Position numbers and translations under genes: made by a program | In this document: piece by piece, positions 59,184-64,000 of the stretch | Layout: every line of letters starts with the position of its first letter | Numbering within the stretch: the first letter of the stretch is position 1 | NCBI GenBank assembly: GCA_001873435.1 | Contig: MNZB01000001.1 | Coordinates: 15,573-79,572 of the forward strand | Direction: 5' to 3' | DNA: 64,000 nt | Origin: Candidatus Pacebacteria bacterium CG2_30_36_39 | GTDB taxonomy: Bacteria > Patescibacteriota > Microgenomatia > UBA1400 > PJMF01 | Notes under the pieces: generated by a model | Seen by the model: only the letters and a program-made list of their open reading frames with translations | The model's database searches: none | Told to the model about the DNA's origin: nothing

Positions 59184-60317
59184 ATGAGAGATCGAGGCAA
59201 CTCCCCTACTCAATCTAAGAGTGTTTTTTCTTTGGAAAAAATGATTATGTTGCTCACGTTCTTTTTGTCTTTAATTGGTTTATTTTTTGTTTTTGAAGCA
59301 TCAACAACTGAGAGTTACAGACTAGTTGGTCATCAATATCATTTTTTGAAACAACAGGGCATCTCTCTAACTCTAGGCTTAATTATTCTCTTTATTACCA
59401 AACACTGGCCCTTTAGTTTTTGGCAAAAAACAGCTCCACTCTGGTTTGGCTTGGGATTATTAATCCTATTTTTAGTTTTAATACCAGGATTTGGTGTTGA
59501 ACTAAATGGTGCCAGAAGATGGTTTCTTTTTGGTGGAAGAGTATTTCAACCAGTTGAGTTTTTTAAATTTGCTCTAATTCTTTTTTCTGCAAGCTGGATG
59601 AGTAAAAACCCCAAACCACAAAGTTTTCTTTTTTTTACCGGTATTTTTTCTTTATTTCTTTTACTTCAACCAGATATGGGATCTTTGTTAATTTTATTAT
59701 GGATAGTTTTTGGTATGTTTTATTTGGCTGGTGGAAACTTACGTTTCTTAACCATTATTGGCTCTTTAGGATTGGGATTGTTGGTTGTTGCAATCTTGCT
59801 TTCTCCATATCGTCTTCAGCGTTTAACCACTTACCTTGATCCTAGTAAAGATCCGCTGGGATCAAGTTTCCACATTAGACAAATCACTTTGGCATTAGGA
59901 CATGGAGGTTGGTTCGGGGTAGGGATTGGCAACTCACAGCAAAAACATGCCTATATTCCTGAGGCTAGTAGTGATTCAATTTTTGCAATAGTAGCAGAAG
60001 AAGTTGGTTTTATAGGTGGATCAATAATATTATTGATTTTATTTTTTTATGCTTATCTAATTTACCGTTTAGCTTTGAGTTTTCCAGACAAAAGTTTTGC
60101 TCAAATGTTTGTTTTTGGAGTATTTTTATGGCTAGGTGGCCAGACACTGCTTAATATAGCTGCTGTAGTTGCTTTGGTGCCTTTAACAGGCTTGCCGTTG
60201 CCATTTTTCTCTTATGGTGGCACTTCTCTATTAATGATTTTGACTACAATTGGTATATTGTTATCAGCGGCACGTACAATTAATGAGCCGGTTGGTTCGA
60301 GAATTAGGAAAAAGTAA
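59184..60317 (+). CDS. ftsW: Peptidoglycan glycosyltransferase FtsW (SEDS family)
   Basis: NGARRW, FQPVEF.K, QPDMG, PEASSD.IF, TGLPLPFFSYGG. Confidence 0.92.
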   Translation: MRDRGNSPTQSKSVFSLEKMIMLLTFFLSLIGLFFVFEASTTESYRLVGHQYHFLKQQGISLTLGLIILFITKHWPFSFWQKTAPLWFGLGLLILFLVLIPGFGVELNGARRWFLFGGRVFQPVEFFKFALILFSASWMSKNPKPQSFLFFTGIFSLFLLLQPDMGSLLILLWIVFGMFYLAGGNLRFLTIIGSLGLGLLVVAILLSPYRLQRLTTYLDPSKDPLGSSFHIRQITLALGHGGWFGVGIGNSQQKHAYIPEASSDSIFAIVAEEVGFIGGSIILLILFFYAYLIYRLALSFPDKSFAQMFVFGVFLWLGGQTLLNIAAVVALVPLTGLPLPFFSYGGTSLLMILTTIGILLSAARTINEPVGSRIRKK

Positions 60318-60321
60318 AGTT

Positions 60322-61437
60322 ATGAAAATTTTAATTACTGGTGGACATTTAACTCCAGCTTTGTCTTGTATGGATTGGATTGCTCAAAATCAACCAAGCG
60401 ATAAATTAATTTTTGTTGGTCGGGAGTTTAGCCAAGACTTATTAAAGCAGGAAGCTGTAGAAAAATATGAGGTAGAGAAACGCAAGATTCCATTTATTGC
60501 TTTTTCTGCTGTTCGCTTGGGACGAGATTTTTATACTCATTTTTTTAGAGAATTAAGCAGATTTTTCCAAAGCATTAAAACTGCAAAAAAAATTATTCTT
60601 CAGCAAAAGCCGACTGTTATTTTGAGCTTCGGTGGTTATGTCGCTGTACCTTTTGCAATAGCTGGTTTCTTAACTAAAACTCCAATTGTTACTCATGAAC
60701 AGACTTTAACTACTGGGTTCGCTAATCAACTAATTGGTTTTTTTGCTAAAAAAATTGCTGTTTCTTTTGAACAAAGTAAAAATGAATTTCCTAATACAAA
60801 AACTATTGTAACTGGCAATCCACTTAGAGCTGGAGTATTTCTCAGTCGTCATCAAAAACCAAATTGGTTACCCAAAGAAATAACTAAGCCAATTCTTTTA
60901 GTATTGGGTGGTAATCAAGGCTCTCAAGTTTTAAATGAACTAATCATTAATTCTTTAACAGAAATTACTAAAGACTGGCTGGTTGTTCATCAATGTGGTA
61001 GGCCAACTACTGTTCGCGATTACTTTAAGGCTTTATCGACCGCCAAATCCCATTTACCTCATGAACAACAAGATAATTATTTTGTACACGAATGGATGGA
61101 TGAAGAAGATCTTTTTTGGTTATATCGCAATGCAATTGGGGCTATTTCTAGGTCTGGAGCTAATGCTACCCAAGAGATAGCTGTGGCTGGTTTGCCGGCA
61201 ATTTTTGTGCCAATTCCTAATTCCCATAAAGATGAACAGTATAAGAATGCTCGTTGGTTGGTAGATATTGGAGCAGCTATTTTAATAGAACAAGCTGGTC
61301 TTAGCCAAGAAGTGCTTATGTTGGCTTTAGATAAAATTCAGTTAATGCAAAAACCAATGCGCGAAGCTTTGAGTAAGTTAAAATTTGAAAAAGACGCTGC
61401 TGCTAAATTATATGAATTAATCAAAGCAGCTATATAA
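60322..61437 (+). CDS. murG: Undecaprenyl-PP-MurNAc-pentapeptide GlcNAc transferase
   Basis: TGGHLTP, FGGYV, HEQ, TGNPLR, GGNQG, SRSGAN, EQYKNA. Confidence 0.93.
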   Translation: MKILITGGHLTPALSCMDWIAQNQPSDKLIFVGREFSQDLLKQEAVEKYEVEKRKIPFIAFSAVRLGRDFYTHFFRELSRFFQSIKTAKKIILQQKPTVILSFGGYVAVPFAIAGFLTKTPIVTHEQTLTTGFANQLIGFFAKKIAVSFEQSKNEFPNTKTIVTGNPLRAGVFLSRHQKPNWLPKEITKPILLVLGGNQGSQVLNELIINSLTEITKDWLVVHQCGRPTTVRDYFKALSTAKSHLPHEQQDNYFVHEWMDEEDLFWLYRNAIGAISRSGANATQEIAVAGLPAIFVPIPNSHKDEQYKNARWLVDIGAAILIEQAGLSQEVLMLALDKIQLMQKPMREALSKLKFEKDAAAKLYELIKAAI

Positions 61438-61442
61438 ATATT

Positions 61443-62183
61443 GTGACGACAAAATCACGCTTCTTCTTTAGTTTAATAGGTCTCATTGCTGGGATAATTG
61501 TTTTAATTTTTTTAGTGAAAATTAATAATATTCATTGTTTTATTGATAATCAACTTCTTGATAGTGCTCAAGTTTGCATTCAGCTGCAATCACTAAAAGG
61601 TGGCAGAATTTTATTGCGAAACCTAGCTGATGAAAAAGAAGTATTGGAGAAGTTATTTATTACTGAAACTCAAGAGATTTATACAATTAAGTCAATTCAA
61701 GCTTCTTTGAATGGTAGTTTAACTTTTAATTTAGAGACTAGCCCGCCACTTTATCGTTTAGAGCAACATGGTGAGCTTTTGCTTTTCAATAAATCTGGTC
61801 AAGGAAGAAAAAATGATGATCGTGTTATTTTGCCTTTAGTAATTGATAAAAATGGTTTGTTTGAAAAAGATTTTAATTTGAATCATAGTTTTTTAGCTGG
61901 TTTTTTAACTAATTTGGGTGAAGATTTATATAGAATTGAAGAAATAAGATTTATTTCACCAACAATGATCAGAATTGTTTTTAAGGACTTTCTTGATTTT
62001 CTGGTTGAACCCCAGCAAAATCCTCAGCAACAAGCTCTGCGTTTGCAGCGCGTTTTACACAACCTTAATCCAAATCAGATTGACTTATCACTACAAGAGA
62101 TAGATTTACGCTTTGATTTGCCAGTAATGAGAAGTTTTGAGAGTAGTGATTCGGCTGATTTTCCAATCGACAGTCTGGAGTAA
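61443..62183 (+). CDS. Probable divergent FtsQ/DivIB
   Basis: Single N-terminal TM, C-terminal IDLRF motif, position between murG and ftsA. Confidence 0.65.
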   Translation: MTTKSRFFFSLIGLIAGIIVLIFLVKINNIHCFIDNQLLDSAQVCIQLQSLKGGRILLRNLADEKEVLEKLFITETQEIYTIKSIQASLNGSLTFNLETSPPLYRLEQHGELLLFNKSGQGRKNDDRVILPLVIDKNGLFEKDFNLNHSFLAGFLTNLGEDLYRIEEIRFISPTMIRIVFKDFLDFLVEPQQNPQQQALRLQRVLHNLNPNQIDLSLQEIDLRFDLPVMRSFESSDSADFPIDSLE

Positions 62184-62236
62184 ATTTTGTATTATGAAAA
62201 TCGCACCCTAATTGTGCTATCTTATTATTGGAGAAT

Positions 62237-63541
62237 ATGCCTAAAAAGAGAGTTATTACCGCCATTGATTTAGGAACTGAAAAATGTGTCACCTTAATTG
62301 CCGTGATAGATGAAGAGTCTGGTGATCTAAAAGTGGTCGGTGTCTCTGCAGTTCCTTCTAAAGGAATGAAACGCAGCATGATTGTTGATTTGGATTTAGT
62401 ATTGGCTACTGTTAGCCAAAGTCTTGATGCAGCCGAGAGAATGGCTGGTTTTGATGTTAAGAGCGTTTATTTATCAGTATCAGGAACTCATGTTAGTTCT
62501 AGAAATTCCAAAGGTGTGGTAGCTGTTGCTGCTCCAGATCAAGAGATTACTGCCAATGATGTAGAAAGAGTAATTGAAGCTGCTAGGGCAATTTCTTTAC
62601 CAGCTGATCGTAAGATCATGCATGTAATTCCTCGCGATTTTAAAGTTGATTCACAAGAAGGCATTAAGGATCCAGTTGGAATGACTGGAGTTCGTTTGGA
62701 ATCAGAAGCTCATATTATTACTGGAATGACAGCTTCTTTGCGTAATTTGGAAAAAGTAGTTAATGATTTGGGCTTGGATGTTGATGGTTTTGTTTTTGCC
62801 GGTTTATCTGCTTCTGAAGTTGTTTTGACTGAAACAGAAAAAGAATTGGGCGCCATTGTGGTTGACATGGGTGCTGGTACTACTTCTCTTTCTGTTTTTA
62901 TTGATGGTGCTTTGGAATATTCAGGCGCAGTTCCGGTGGGCGCTCGCCATATTACTCAGGACATTGCTTTGGGTTGTCGTATTAGTCTAGAAAATGCAGA
63001 GAAAATAAAGATTTTATTATCTGGAGAAGATTTTTCTCCAGTTAAACCTCAGGCTGGTGAATCAAAAGAAGATTTAACCAAGCGTCGTAAAAAAGCAGAT
63101 CGACTTGATTTGGCAAGACACGATATTCATGAGGGTGTTGAGGAGTTGTCTAAGAAGTTTTTACTTGAGGGTGTGATGTTGCCTAGAATGAAAGAGATTT
63201 TTGAATTAATTAAAAAAGATTTGGATAAAAGAGATGTTTTAGATAAGGTGCCAGCGGGATTAATTCTCTGTGGTGGCGGTGCTCAAACTGTGGGCATGAT
63301 TGAAATTGCTAAAAGAGTTTTTAATTTACCAGTGAGAGTTGGTGAACCAACCGATCTTCAAGGCTTGGTGGGTGATATTAAGGGTCCATCTTATGCAACC
63401 AGCATTGGTTTATTACTTTACGGCAAGAATAAAATAGCTGTTGTGCCAGCTAGTGGTGGCATGGGTTCAATTCTCGAAAGCATTGATTTAAAAGGGATTG
63501 GGGATAAAATTCGTGGTTTGCTTAAGTCAGTTCTACCCTAA
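62237..63541 (+). CDS. ftsA: Cell division protein FtsA
   Basis: IDLGT, P.GM.G.RLE, DMGAGTT, HITQDIA, GGGA. Confidence 0.96.
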   Translation: MPKKRVITAIDLGTEKCVTLIAVIDEESGDLKVVGVSAVPSKGMKRSMIVDLDLVLATVSQSLDAAERMAGFDVKSVYLSVSGTHVSSRNSKGVVAVAAPDQEITANDVERVIEAARAISLPADRKIMHVIPRDFKVDSQEGIKDPVGMTGVRLESEAHIITGMTASLRNLEKVVNDLGLDVDGFVFAGLSASEVVLTETEKELGAIVVDMGAGTTSLSVFIDGALEYSGAVPVGARHITQDIALGCRISLENAEKIKILLSGEDFSPVKPQAGESKEDLTKRRKKADRLDLARHDIHEGVEELSKKFLLEGVMLPRMKEIFELIKKDLDKRDVLDKVPAGLILCGGGAQTVGMIEIAKRVFNLPVRVGEPTDLQGLVGDIKGPSYATSIGLLLYGKNKIAVVPASGGMGSILESIDLKGIGDKIRGLLKSVLP

Positions 63542-63663
63542 AAATTGTCTGTTTACTTTGTATCTGAAATCGATTATGGTGTGTGTTACACTTTGATCAT
63601 ATAAGTTAGTATTTTTTGCCATTTTTCTCGAGAAAAATGAGAAATGGAAAAGAACGAAAAACT

Positions 63664-64000
63664 ATGGGATTAGTCAAACCAAGCAATACAACCTTTGCAA
63701 AAATTAAAGTTATCGGTGTCGGCGGTGGCGGCGGCAATGCCGTTAATTCCATGGTCGATTCAAAACAAATAAATGGTGTTGAGTTTATTTCTATCAATAC
63801 AGATGCTCAAGCTTTATTAACTTCTAAAGCAGATACAAAATTGCAAATTGGAAGCAACTTCACTCGTGGTTTGGGCGCTGGAGCAGATCCAGATGTGGGT
63901 CGTACTGCAGCTGAAGAAAGTCGTGAAAGACTTAAAGATTTACTTTTTGATACAGATATGGTTTTTATTACTGCTGGTATGGGTGGCGGAACTGGTACCG
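63664..64000 (+). CDS. ftsZ: Cell division protein FtsZ (3'-partial)
   Basis: Translated by eye: [45 protein letters not shown]. Confidence 0.97.
   Translation, partial: MGLVKPSNTTFAKIKVIGVGGGGGNAVNSMVDSKQINGVEFISINTDAQALLTSKADTKLQIGSNFTRGLGAGADPDVGRTAAEESRERLKDLLFDTDMVFITAGMGGGTGT

Overview
AT-rich chromosomal window from a reduced-genome bacterium. Gene content and style suggest Patescibacteria/CPR, probably Microgenomates; this is inferred, not tested. The genetic code is 11 (TGA is used as stop). Most of the window is housekeeping: the end of the F1 ATP synthase operon, greA, class I LysRS, serS, secA, mutM, ldh, split transketolase, dnaE, gatCAB, htpX/lemA, rpsU, proS, typA, prs, a CoaD-CoaE fusion, a UvrD-nuclease, dus, a glycosylation cluster, lepB, truB, a reduced dcw cluster ending in partial ftsZ, and 10 tRNA genes. 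The strongest unexplained signal is a family of four self-contained expression cassettes directly downstream of tRNA genes: three in tandem after tRNA-Asp (24583-26216) and one after tRNA-Phe (38453-39550). They share an architecture but not cargo. The architecture is a sigma70-type promoter (TATCCTATAA 2 nt before the -35 in three of four), an AU-rich hairpin with an NUUGC loop (three of four), an rrn-type boxA (GYTCTTTAANAA), a long hairpin, a strong and apparently occluded Shine-Dalgarno, the ORF(s) and a terminator. The cargo is two Cys/His microproteins missed by the ORF track, a macrodomain protein and a pair of paralogous membrane proteins. Housekeeping genes, by contrast, look largely leaderless. 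Further oddities are a truB gene with no canonical start codon, three tRNAs with C55, and tRNA genes that mostly end in N73-C-A rather than CCA.
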